This document shows, piece by piece, positions 27,900 through 35,702 of a stretch of 64,000 nt of DNA. Numbering within the stretch: position 1 is the first letter of the stretch; each line of letters starts with the position of its first letter. The notes beneath the pieces are model-generated. The model was not told the DNA's origin. It saw only the letters and a list, made by a program, of their open reading frames with translations, and ran no database searches. Both the position numbers and the translations under genes were made by a program. Source of the DNA: a virus; the IMG/VR virus record IMGVR_UViG_3300045988_150172. One strand, given 5' to 3'.

Positions 27900-28519
27900 C
27901 ATACGTTATGAAGAGATCCAGGAGGGAGGTTGACTTCTTTCTGGTGCAGAGAGCCATCTGCGGTGATCAAGCGGCCTATTCTGAAATATACAACAGTTAC
28001 AGCCGATTCGTTCGAAATGCCGTAAGCAGCATTCTCATCAGGGTTCCACAGGACGTGGATGACGTGTGCATGGAGACATTTGAAAAGGCGTTTCAGTCCC
28101 TGCACAAGTTCCAGCCGGACTATCAGCTGTCGGCATGGCTTGTTCGCATAGCCGTAAACAGTGCCAAGGACTGTCTGCGTAGGCATGGGAGAGTTCAGCT
28201 GGTCTCTCTGGACGTGGATGATACCGCTGATGATGCTGGGGTCGTTCCTCTGGCGGCATGTATAGCCACGGATGACCCACTGCCGACGACGTGCGTGGAG
28301 AATGTACAGGACATTGAATATCTTGAGGGGTTGATGCGCCAGCTGCCTGTGTCTGAAGCCACCATGCTTCGGCAGAAATGTCTTGACGGCATGTCCAGTG
28401 ATGAGATTGCCGACTTCATGGGTGTGAGCAGAAAGGCCGTCAGACGCTGTGTTCGTAATGGGCTGAAGCATCTACAGGAGATTGTAAGCATCAATGACAT
28501 TAGACTTAGAAGCAGATAA
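27896..28519 (+). CDS. ECF-type sigma-70 family RNA polymerase sigma factor
   Basis: Region 2: YSEIYNSYSRFVRNAV..DVDDVCMETFEKAFQSLHKFQPDYQLSAWLVRIAVNSAKDCLRRH. Region 4: LRQKCLDGMSSDEIADFMGVSRKAVRRCVRNGLKHLQE. Confidence 0.85.
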   Translation: MTYVMKRSRREVDFFLVQRAICGDQAAYSEIYNSYSRFVRNAVSSILIRVPQDVDDVCMETFEKAFQSLHKFQPDYQLSAWLVRIAVNSAKDCLRRHGRVQLVSLDVDDTADDAGVVPLAACIATDDPLPTTCVENVQDIEYLEGLMRQLPVSEATMLRQKCLDGMSSDEIADFMGVSRKAVRRCVRNGLKHLQEIVSINDIRLRSR

Positions 28520-28533
28520 AACTGAAATACATT

Positions 28534-28809
28534 ATGATTGACACATTAAGAGCAAAGATTAAGCAGGGAACCATGTCCGTTGACACTTCAACCACCAGAT
28601 GTGACTACTGGGTGGAGGGTGGAAGCAACGGAATACAGACATTCTTCATGACAGCCGAACAGCTCGAAAGGCTGAATGAAAAGTCCATGAAGAAGTTTGG
28701 TCGCATAAACTTCAGGAAGAACGTGCTGGAGAAGTGGGTTAAGGATCACTGGGAGACCGCTGACGTGGACGATGTTGAAGAAATTGAGGATATTGACTAT
28801 GAAGACTAA
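28534..28809 (+). CDS. Hypothetical acidic-tailed protein (91 aa)
   Basis: Track ORF directly after the sigma factor. No transmembrane segment. Confidence 0.55.
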   Translation: MIDTLRAKIKQGTMSVDTSTTRCDYWVEGGSNGIQTFFMTAEQLERLNEKSMKKFGRINFRKNVLEKWVKDHWETADVDDVEEIEDIDYED

Positions 28810-29281
28810 CAGAGGGAAGTCCAACCTGAACAGTGTGCACAGCACCATTGATGACACATCCATTCCGGAGGAGATGGCTTCCTGTATGGTACTGGCGACT
28901 GCCATGGACGTAATCATGACGGACGTCTTCAGTAGAATCAAGGCCATCTACAGTGCATGCGGCATTGAAATAAGAGGGAATGACGTGCTCAAGGGCTTGA
29001 AAAGCTACTGTCAGGCCGTAAAACAGGCTGGGTACTGGTTTGACAGGGAGATTGAGCCTAGAAACGTGGACTGCACATTCGGAACATACGGTACGGCATC
29101 GTCCTATGACAGCTTTCGTGCAAGGTGCGGTGAGGTGGCTGAAGTCGTATCCATGATTGTGCAGGCAAGCAAGGATCCCGATGCTCTGGAGCAAATTAGA
29201 GCCACAGCGAGAGAAGCGGCACGTGACCGAGGAGTAACCCTTGAAGACTGGAAAAGACTTCGCCTAAAGACAGATTATTAG
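28799..29281 (+). CDS. Hypothetical protein
   Basis: Track ORF 28772..29281. The ATG at 28799 overlaps the previous stop and is preferred. Confidence 0.5.
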   Translation: MKTNRGKSNLNSVHSTIDDTSIPEEMASCMVLATAMDVIMTDVFSRIKAIYSACGIEIRGNDVLKGLKSYCQAVKQAGYWFDREIEPRNVDCTFGTYGTASSYDSFRARCGEVAEVVSMIVQASKDPDALEQIRATAREAARDRGVTLEDWKRLRLKTDY

Positions 29282-29303
29282 TATAACAAAAATTAGAGTC
29301 ATT

Positions 29304-29849
29304 ATGAATGTATATGAAGCAGCCCTGAAGACAGTATGTACCGCCTATGAGATAACGCCTGAAGTGTTACGTAGTAGATGCAGAAACAGGCGTCTTGCCC
29401 TAGCACGATGCTGGTACTGTCTATTGACAGGAAGCAAGCCAAGCGGCAGAGTGGGTAGATATGTCGGTCGAGATCATGCGACAGTGGTGTATAGTCGTAG
29501 AATGATGAAGGACTTGATTGATATATACCCAGTGTATATGGAGCGATGGAGAGTTCTCAAGGCCATGTTTGAAAAGTACCTTGCGGAGGAGAGCGTGCCG
29601 ATGCCGTCCATCAGAAGATACACGTCCCTATGGAAGGATTACAGGGATCTACTGTCCGCTGCTGAAGCCGCCAGAAGAAATCTGAACGAACTGTCCACGG
29701 CCATCGTGGGACAGCAGTGCTGGGTGTGTGAACGGCAGGAGGGGGATCTTGTGGTCGTGAAGCCCACATCCACGGAATCTGACTATCTGAGCCTGGACGA
29801 TATGAAGGATATGATCAGAGAACTGCATGGTAACCAGCGTTCAGCATAG
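29304..29849 (+). CDS. DnaA domain IV-like helix-turn-helix DNA-binding protein
   Basis: ITPEVLRSRCRNRRLALARCWYCLL..VGRYVGRDHATVVYSRRMMKDL parallels the DnaA C-terminal L.SkrR.r..a.aRq.amyL...iG..fggRDHtTV. Confidence 0.65.
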   Translation: MNVYEAALKTVCTAYEITPEVLRSRCRNRRLALARCWYCLLTGSKPSGRVGRYVGRDHATVVYSRRMMKDLIDIYPVYMERWRVLKAMFEKYLAEESVPMPSIRRYTSLWKDYRDLLSAAEAARRNLNELSTAIVGQQCWVCERQEGDLVVVKPTSTESDYLSLDDMKDMIRELHGNQRSA

Positions 29850-29918
29850 ATGGGTGAGGTGCATAATTAGAACTTATCATCCTCGATAAGCAGAACTTAT
29901 AGTTGATCATAATTGATA

Positions 29919-29964
29919 GGCACACAGAGAATCCGGAGACTGGTCCTGATCCTGTGTGTCTTTT
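29919..29964 (+). terminator. Terminator-like hairpin
   Basis: GGCACACAG (29919-29927) pairs with CTGTGTGTC (29952-29960), followed by TTTT. The loop is large (24 nt). Confidence 0.5.
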
Positions 29965-30100
29965 CGTGTGAACTCCGTAGGATGTTCACACCTGGAACGT
30001 TCGAACAGAACGTTCCCCAACTTCCTGATATTCAGAACATCCCATTATTCCTATGATAAGTTTTTCTTATAATGGATAATAACCATTCCTTATATGGAGC

Positions 30101-30263
30101 ATACATAGAGGTCAGGCTGGTATCATATAGAGGGGTGTTTGAGGTCACGGTCTGGATGGTCTGGGTCAGGTCTGTATCATGTTGAGGTCGGTTTGGGGAG
30201 TTAAGGGGGTATTTTGAGGTCGGTTTGATATCATGTTGAGGGGTTGGGTAGATCAGTATAGAG
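30101..30263 (+). repeat. Degenerate G/T-rich direct repeats with 54-bp period (iteron-like)
   Basis: TATCAT(A/G)T(A/T)GAGG starts at 30121, 30175 and 30229, with related copies at 30101 and 30252. TGAGGTCGGTTTG occurs at 30183 and 30215. GAGGTC occurs four times. Confidence 0.7.
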
Positions 30264-30433
30264 GACTGTCTGGGTTCGGTTTAGGTGGAGAGGTTCTGGG
30301 TATTTAGAGCCGTGCGGAACCGTCTGCGTCTAAATCCCTTTCGTTCACGTCGTGGCTGTTTTCGGGCGAAATTAGCCGATGACAGGGTGTTTCCGACATA
30401 GATGCATCACCTATGAGCAGTCACTTTCCTAAA

Positions 30434-30588
30434 CTCCGGGATTTTCGGTACTTAACGGAAGCCCATCGGGACAGGCGGATGCCGAAATTTTGTGAAAAAC
30501 TGGTCGTGAAAATGACGCGAAAAACATAATTCGTTGATAATGAGTGACTGATTTCAAATGTTAAGTAGTTGATACCAAAATCCCGGAG
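30434..30588. repeat. 12-bp perfect inverted repeat pair plus direct repeats
   Basis: CTCCGGGATTTT (30434-30445) and AAAATCCCGGAG (30577-30588), with a third AAAATCCCGAAA at 30611. AATGTTAAG(T/C)AGTT occurs at 30557 and 30631. Confidence 0.65.
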
Positions 30589-30712
30589 ATGTATAAAACG
30601 AAATTAAGCAAAAATCCCGAAATTACGTAAAATGTTAAGCAGTTTTTGAAGTCCGTTCTCATAACTCCCCTCAGGTATCCCGAGTTACGATGATTAAAAT
30701 TATAAGTTAGTA

Positions 30713-30780
30713 GAATTCCTTGAAAATTTCATTGGATATTCAAGAAAATGCACCAACTTTGCACATGTAATCATTAAATC
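30713..30780 (+). promoter_or_regulatory. Promoter/operator cassette copy P5
   Basis: GAATTCCTTGAAAATTTCATTGGATATTCAAGAAA, then cAacTTTG (30754-30761), then GTAATCATTAAATC, with ATG at 30790. Confidence 0.65.
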
Positions 30781-30789
30781 ATTGAAATC

Positions 30790-31080
30790 ATGGACACAAA
30801 GAAACAGCTTCAGAATCGTATTGATTCACGTGAAACACATATTAGAAACCTCTCTGCTGAGATTGAAGACCTGACAGCCAAGATTAAGGCTCTGCAGGAA
30901 TGGCAGGTGCAGCTCAAGGATGAACTTGCCGCCATCAAGGACGCCAGAGCTGGGATCTATGACAAGTGGTATCGGTATCACAGGGAGGACAATTCACACT
31001 ATGACACAGCGTGGGAAGTGGAGAAGAGGCTTATGCTGTCAGAGGGGTATACAGGTGAATGGAATGTAATAGATGGATAA
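30790..31080 (+). CDS. Hypothetical coiled-coil protein (96 aa)
   Basis: First ORF after P5. Confidence 0.55.
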   Translation: MDTKKQLQNRIDSRETHIRNLSAEIEDLTAKIKALQEWQVQLKDELAAIKDARAGIYDKWYRYHREDNSHYDTAWEVEKRLMLSEGYTGEWNVIDG

Positions 31081-31102
31081 GCGTTGCTTATAATAAAAAC
31101 TT

Positions 31103-31276
31103 ATGGATGATATGAATATACCTGTATGGAAAGTCTCCTATATGGAGCGCGGCTCATCTGCCGTACACGTCACAACCTACGAGGGTGTCCTGACGCGAGA
31201 TGAGGTGGCTGAATTCTTTGGTCTTAACAGCCCCGACATTGTATGGTATGAGGTTGTCCTGACTGGAGTAAAGTGA
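31103..31276 (+). CDS. Hypothetical small protein (57 aa)
   Basis: ATG ORF below the track cutoff (MDDMNIPVWKVSYMERGSS..VVLTGVK). Confidence 0.35.
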   Translation: MDDMNIPVWKVSYMERGSSAVHVTTYEGVLTRDEVAEFFGLNSPDIVWYEVVLTGVK

Positions 31277-31495
31277 AACAGAATAACTGGGTGGCCTGCC
31301 ATCCATTTATCATATATGATAAATGAAAAATGGATAAGAATGGATTTTTATGGAAAGACTGCTCCTATATATAAAGATGAAGTACAGCCAGACGCTCACA
31401 TCCGAGCAGAAAAAGGCATGCTGTCTCCTTATATGCCTGATGGATCTTATGGGAAGTAAGAATTCCAAGGAAGATTCTACGAAAATATAGAAAAT

Positions 31496-31590
31496 TTCTT
31501 GGAAGATTCAAGAAATAGCCCCAACTTTGTATCGTTGGTTCAGCAAGGTGCTGCCAACAAGGGTTTTTGAAAGTTAATCATTAAAATTAT
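31496..31590 (+). promoter_or_regulatory. Promoter/operator cassette copy P6 with about 40-nt hairpin insertion in the leader
   Basis: TTCTTGGAAGATTCAAGAAA, then cAacTTTG (31522-31529), then a hairpin at 31535-31558 plus TTTTT (31564-31568), then GTTAATCATTAAAAT, with ATG at 31597. Confidence 0.6.
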
Positions 31591-31596
31591 TTCGTT

Positions 31597-32082
31597 ATGA
31601 GCGCAACAATCGTTCTTCCAAACACAAATGAATCGCACATCGCACACATCCTCGCAAAGGACAAGTACGCATTCAAGTACATCAGCAAGGATTATATTCT
31701 GGCCGAAATAGGCAATCTCTGTGATGCTGCCCAGAAAGCCAACGCAAACATTAGACCGATAGTCGGTCTGGACAGCAAGGACAAGGCAGGACTCCTCAAC
31801 ACCTATGAGGATCTTTATCGGGAATGCAGGGAATATAACTTGGCTCTTCTTTCTAACAGGCAGATTAAACTTCATCAGTCAGTTGTAAAAAATGCCGCTA
31901 GAGCAGCACGCCTACGCGATGCGGAGGAAAGGTTCACACTTTACAGTGAAGAGCTTGCCAAGCGCGAAGCAGGAGACATGATGGGGTTGGATGCGAAGGG
32001 TCAGAAGCATCGCATCGCCAGTCTGAAGCGTAAGATTGCTCGTGCTGAAGCGAGCCTGATGAAACTTCAGACGAATTCCTAG
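31597..32082 (+). CDS. Hypothetical protein with C-terminal RIASLKRKIARAEA helix
   Basis: Track ORF. Its tail motif is shared with the next gene. Confidence 0.55.
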   Translation: MSATIVLPNTNESHIAHILAKDKYAFKYISKDYILAEIGNLCDAAQKANANIRPIVGLDSKDKAGLLNTYEDLYRECREYNLALLSNRQIKLHQSVVKNAARAARLRDAEERFTLYSEELAKREAGDMMGLDAKGQKHRIASLKRKIARAEASLMKLQTNS

Positions 32083-32088
32083 AATATT

Positions 32089-32142
32089 TTCTTGGATATT
32101 TCCAGAATTCACCCCAACTTTGCAGGCGTAATCATTAAATCA
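32089..32142 (+). promoter_or_regulatory. Promoter/operator cassette copy P7
   Basis: TTCTTGGATATTTCCAGAA, then cAacTTTG (32115-32122), then GTAATCATTAAATCA (32128-32142), with ATG at 32152. Confidence 0.65.
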
Positions 32143-32151
32143 TTATCAACT

Positions 32152-32772
32152 ATGGCAACAATCGTTTCAAACAAAACACAGGAAATTCAGGCAAGGTTCG
32201 TACAGGCAGGTTTCACTCCAGAAGAAATCCAGGCAGTCAGGGATGCGTGGAATCACGGTCTTTGGGGCGACGCAGAGGTTAGGTTTGCAGATAAAGACGA
32301 ATATGGAATTGGTGCTTGCACTAATGACATTCACTTGGCAGGCAACTTCAAAGGTCGTGAGGTAACTAACATCTGTCGTAAAATCGCTAATCGCATCAGG
32401 AAGCAGGGGCTTGACTGGATTAATCACTTTAACGATTGGTGGGGTGATGGTAGTGGTGATATGCTTTTTATCGCTGAAAAGGTAGGATCGTGGGATGAGC
32501 TCACGGAGTGGGCACGAACCACTCCGGAGGAAATCCATGCGGCTATGGCTGCTGTCGAAAGTAAGGCATGCAAGGCTGAGGAAAGCCAGCGTGAGCACAG
32601 CGAGCGCATCAAGGCCGTTGAGGACAGGCGCAACAACTATGTGGCAGAGTTCCAGAAGTGTCAGGACAGAAAGCGTATCGCATCCCTGAAGCGCAAGATA
32701 GCCAGAGCGGAAGCCAGACTGGAGGTGCTTCGCTCCATTGACAGTCTGTTTCAGAAACCTGAAGAAAAATAG
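32152..32772 (+). CDS. Hypothetical protein with C-terminal RIASLKRKIARAEA helix
   Basis: The track ORF starts at TTG 32092 inside the promoter cassette, so ATG 32152 is preferred. Confidence 0.55.
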   Translation: MATIVSNKTQEIQARFVQAGFTPEEIQAVRDAWNHGLWGDAEVRFADKDEYGIGACTNDIHLAGNFKGREVTNICRKIANRIRKQGLDWINHFNDWWGDGSGDMLFIAEKVGSWDELTEWARTTPEEIHAAMAAVESKACKAEESQREHSERIKAVEDRRNNYVAEFQKCQDRKRIASLKRKIARAEARLEVLRSIDSLFQKPEEK

Positions 32773-32778
32773 AGAAAA

Positions 32779-32831
32779 GTCCTGGGAAATCCAGGACTTC
32801 CCATTATATTTGCATCGTAATCATTAATTCA
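32779..32831 (+). promoter_or_regulatory. Promoter/operator cassette copy P8 (variant palindrome)
   Basis: GTCCTGGgaaatCCAGGAC (32779-32797), then TAtaTTTG (32805-32812), then GTAATCATTAATTCA, with ATG at 32840. Confidence 0.6.
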
Positions 32832-32839
32832 CACACGTT

Positions 32840-33739
32840 ATGTCACACTTCAACAACATCACATCGTTCCAGAACCTCAAGGATCAGTACAGAACCCTCG
32901 CCATGGCAAACCACCCTGACAGGGGCGGTGACACTGCCACCATGCAGGAGATCAATGCCGAATACAGCCGCCTGTACGCCATCTGGGTAAACAGAATAGA
33001 GGATGCAAACGTTCGTCCTACGATGACTGCCGAGCAGTCCATCCGTCACTTCTACACGCAGAACGGCTGGGAGGGATCCAACTATGACTCCAGTCTCAGC
33101 ACCAAGGACATCGCCGCGCTGGTTCGTGAATACTGCAAGCAGAACTGGAACCAGTGGAGGTTCTCCATCAGATGCCACTTCGCCTCCATGTGCAGCGAGA
33201 TCAGCGTTCATCTCAAGGGCGGTCCGATAGCTTCAGGTCTGGTCGGTGAGCAGGGCACGTGCTGTCAGGAGTTCGGCTACCAGACGAGATACCAGTACAG
33301 AAGTGAGCGTGACGAAAGAGTAGCACCCGAAGCGGAGATCGTGATGCAGGACGTCATCGCCTATCTCCAGTCCTTCAACTATGACGACAGCGACGGCATG
33401 ATTGACTACTTTGACACGAACTTCTACATTCACGAGTGCATCGCTGGCAGCATGGAGTGGAAGCACATTCAGAAGCAGGCTCGCATCACAGCCCCACAGC
33501 CTACACCAAGCGAGGAACAGGCCGCTGCCCCACAGCTGGGGGAGGGTGTGGACATCATCACCTATTCTGACAGAGCTCTGGCCGTGGTAGGTGACACCAA
33601 GCCGCTGAGAGCACGTCTCAAGGAGCTCAAGGGTCGCTTCAATCCAGGCCTGACGGTGGACGGCATTCGGAGGGCTGGATGGGTGTTCAGCGCAAGGAGC
33701 TACACAGCGGACACACTTAGACAGGCGATATTCGCCTGA
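32840..33739 (+). CDS. J-domain (DnaJ-like) protein
   Basis: LKDQYRTLAMANHPDRGGDTATMQEINAEYSRLY contains the HPD tripeptide. C-terminus has YSDRALAVVGDTKPL..LKELKGRFNPGL..GWVFS. Confidence 0.8.
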   Translation: MSHFNNITSFQNLKDQYRTLAMANHPDRGGDTATMQEINAEYSRLYAIWVNRIEDANVRPTMTAEQSIRHFYTQNGWEGSNYDSSLSTKDIAALVREYCKQNWNQWRFSIRCHFASMCSEISVHLKGGPIASGLVGEQGTCCQEFGYQTRYQYRSERDERVAPEAEIVMQDVIAYLQSFNYDDSDGMIDYFDTNFYIHECIAGSMEWKHIQKQARITAPQPTPSEEQAAAPQLGEGVDIITYSDRALAVVGDTKPLRARLKELKGRFNPGLTVDGIRRAGWVFSARSYTADTLRQAIFA

Positions 33740-33831
33740 ATTTGCGTTAAATTCGCCAAAATTAGAGAGGTTCACCTCCTATGTGATACAAGTAGTCGGG
33801 TAACCTCTCACAATCGTAAATAACGACCAAA

Positions 33832-34173
33832 ATGAAATATCTACAGATTAGCACAGCATCACGATCCACGTCCGTAACGAATAGAGGGAAAACTGCATCT
33901 GATACACAGGCTGGGTTCTTCAGCATTCCAGCCACAGAACTGAGGTCATGCGTTCTGGACGAGCGCAATGGCTTTCTGACGATTCGGACACCACATGAAA
34001 CAGTCAATCTCCATTCCACTGGGTGGAAGTGGGAAACCCTGCTGGACTGCTTCTGTGACGCAACGGAAGCCCTGATGAGCCACTATGCTGACAGGCCGGA
34101 CGTGAATGACAGAATAACGATAACCGAAGCCGGAGGAATTACAACACTTACAAACCTATATTGCAATGAATAG
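33832..34173 (+). CDS. Hypothetical protein (113 aa)
   Basis: Track ORF. Confidence 0.5.
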   Translation: MKYLQISTASRSTSVTNRGKTASDTQAGFFSIPATELRSCVLDERNGFLTIRTPHETVNLHSTGWKWETLLDCFCDATEALMSHYADRPDVNDRITITEAGGITTLTNLYCNE

Positions 34174-34354
34174 AAGAAAGCAGCACGCCCAGAAGAAAAC
34201 TGGCTGGGTAAACGTCTATAAGGACTATGACGATTCCATTATTCTTGGTGACGTACATGACACTAGAGAAGAAGCTATATCTATTACCAATAAATCACTC
34301 ACTTACTTGGATACTATAAAAATAGAATGGGAGGAACGATATGGAACAGTTTGA
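34166..34354 (+). CDS. Hypothetical protein (62 aa), GWVNVY family
   Basis: KKTGWVNVYKDYDDSIILGDV is paralogous to the C-terminal part of the next ORF. Confidence 0.5.
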   Translation: MNRRKQHAQKKTGWVNVYKDYDDSIILGDVHDTREEAISITNKSLTYLDTIKIEWEERYGTV

Positions 34355-34784
34355 TTTACAGGAATATCTGAAGAACCCTAATAGAAAAGTTGTCACTAGA
34401 GCTGGTAAAGATGTGAGGATTGTATGCATAGACGAAAATCTTGATGATCACCCAATCGTTGCTCTCCTGCAAGGAAACTTCTGTGAAAATACATGCTTCT
34501 ATAGAAGAGACGGATTATGGTTAAACGACGTTGAAACTTCAATGGATTTGTTCTTCGCTTCAGAAAAGAAAGAAGGATGGGTGAATATATATGAAAATTC
34601 GGATGGAAGTCTCCAACTTGGTAGGGTTTACACCTCAAAAAAGATAGCAGAAGATATGTCTAAAAGTGTGAGCTTTACCCTTATATTGCCACAGCAAAAA
34701 TCGAATGGAAGGAATAATATGAAACCGAGCGAAGATAGCAATAGAAGATTGGGCAAAGTTAATTTAATCAAGATAAAAGGGTAA
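34341..34784 (+). CDS. Hypothetical protein (147 aa), C-terminal GWVNIY module
   Basis: KKEGWVNIYENSDGSLQLGRV. The 3' end is uncertain; see the finding for this region. Confidence 0.45.
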   Translation: MEQFDLQEYLKNPNRKVVTRAGKDVRIVCIDENLDDHPIVALLQGNFCENTCFYRRDGLWLNDVETSMDLFFASEKKEGWVNIYENSDGSLQLGRVYTSKKIAEDMSKSVSFTLILPQQKSNGRNNMKPSEDSNRRLGKVNLIKIKG

Positions 34785-34789
34785 CACAT

Positions 34790-35143
34790 ATGAAAGTTGT
34801 TTGTAAAATTTGCGGAGCTGAAGAAGAATCTGAGAAATGGATTCCTCAAACCAAAGAAAGGGTTGAAAAAGAACAGATGTGTTTTCGTTGCCTTCACTGG
34901 GCAGAGCAGCATCGCTTAGACCTTACCGAGAGGGGAGAACATGGATGGGCTGTAATCAATGGAGTTCATTATGTTTTGTGTCCGCATACGGATCTAAACT
35001 GGCCGCGTGGTATGGGTGGAGCCAAGATGAGAATAAGATTTTTTGATGGGTACGAAACTATTTGTGATAATCTTTGGTGTCAGGGAGAAATTCCAAGTGG
35101 TCACTGGAGAGACATTATGCCCGATAACGCTAAATTTATCTAG
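34790..35143 (+). CDS. Hypothetical Cys-rich protein (117 aa)
   Basis: Contains CKICG and CFRC pairs. Confidence 0.55.
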   Translation: MKVVCKICGAEEESEKWIPQTKERVEKEQMCFRCLHWAEQHRLDLTERGEHGWAVINGVHYVLCPHTDLNWPRGMGGAKMRIRFFDGYETICDNLWCQGEIPSGHWRDIMPDNAKFI

Positions 35144-35149
35144 AAAGAT

Positions 35150-35392
35150 ATGGAAACAATAGAAGAAAGAGCAAAGGCAGCATCGGAAGACTACAATGAT
35201 GATGGATATTCAGCAGGTCTTTATATGGGTTATAAAGCAGGAGCAACTGAACAAAAAATTATTGATATTAATAAGGCTTGCGAGTGGCTTGATAATTACC
35301 TTATGGAGATAGGCTACCCAGATGATTGGATGCGAGATTCTCCAAATATGGAAAGCGGAAAAGAAAGATTTAGAAAAGCAATGGGATTATGA
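35150..35392 (+). CDS. Hypothetical protein (80 aa)
   Basis: Track ORF. Confidence 0.5.
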   Translation: METIEERAKAASEDYNDDGYSAGLYMGYKAGATEQKIIDINKACEWLDNYLMEIGYPDDWMRDSPNMESGKERFRKAMGL

Positions 35393-35667
35393 ACATAACT
35401 AAAATCAAAAGGCAGTTTGCAAGGACGGAGTCAATGGTGGCAGAAGCTGACAGCCAGAGAATGCTCCTATGGAATATGCTTTTACCGTACATGTCCGAGG
35501 AGTTTCACGATGAATCCTGTTATATTGATGTGGCGCATGGCGACGGTCTTGTTGTTGTATTTGAAGAGAAGTTTAATTTTGTCAGAGATTATTCGGTAAG
35601 TCAAATTATTGACCTTATTGAAGAGGGTGTGACATGTATAACACCTGACCAACTGATACCAATATAA
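35389..35667 (+). CDS. Hypothetical protein (92 aa)
   Basis: Start overlaps the previous stop (ATGA). Confidence 0.5.
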   Translation: MNITKIKRQFARTESMVAEADSQRMLLWNMLLPYMSEEFHDESCYIDVAHGDGLVVVFEEKFNFVRDYSVSQIIDLIEEGVTCITPDQLIPI

Positions 35668-35702
35668 AAAATGGAAGATTAATTTATAAACTTATAAAAC
35701 AC

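Noticed and set aside
27854-28471. Long minus-strand ORFs opposite well-supported + strand genes. These are 27854..28471, 33233..33775, 39444..40052, 53778..54542, 56532..57101, 61954..62529, 35684..36037, 15760..16209 and 13491..13931.
   Set aside because: Each lies fully within a + strand gene that has clear family motifs or module context. Their sequences are low-complexity or odd in composition. They are treated as shadow ORFs.
32092-32151. Track ORFs 32092.. and 37697.. begin with nearly identical peptides, MDISRIHPNFAGVIIKSL and MDISRSSPNFAPVIIKNH, which looks like a conserved protein N-terminus.
   Set aside because: Both start at a TTG inside the promoter cassette (cTTGGATAT..) and simply translate the conserved DNA motif. 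The real starts are the ATGs after the GTAATCATTAAA leader (32152 and 37756). The same applies to the N-terminal extensions of 13910, 38451, 44587 and 47604 (minus strand).
33765-33809. An 8-bp inverted repeat GAGAGGTT/AACCTCTC with a 29-nt loop, after the J-domain gene.
   Set aside because: The loop is large, there is no T-tract, and the motif does not recur elsewhere. That is too weak to call a terminator or an RNA element.
34637-34643. A canonical -1 slippery heptamer A_AAA_AAG in the correct phase within 34341..34784.
   Set aside because: The -1 frame hits TAA at 34661-34663 after six codons, before the region of out-of-frame homology. No downstream stimulatory structure was seen. It is probably coincidental in an A-rich gene.
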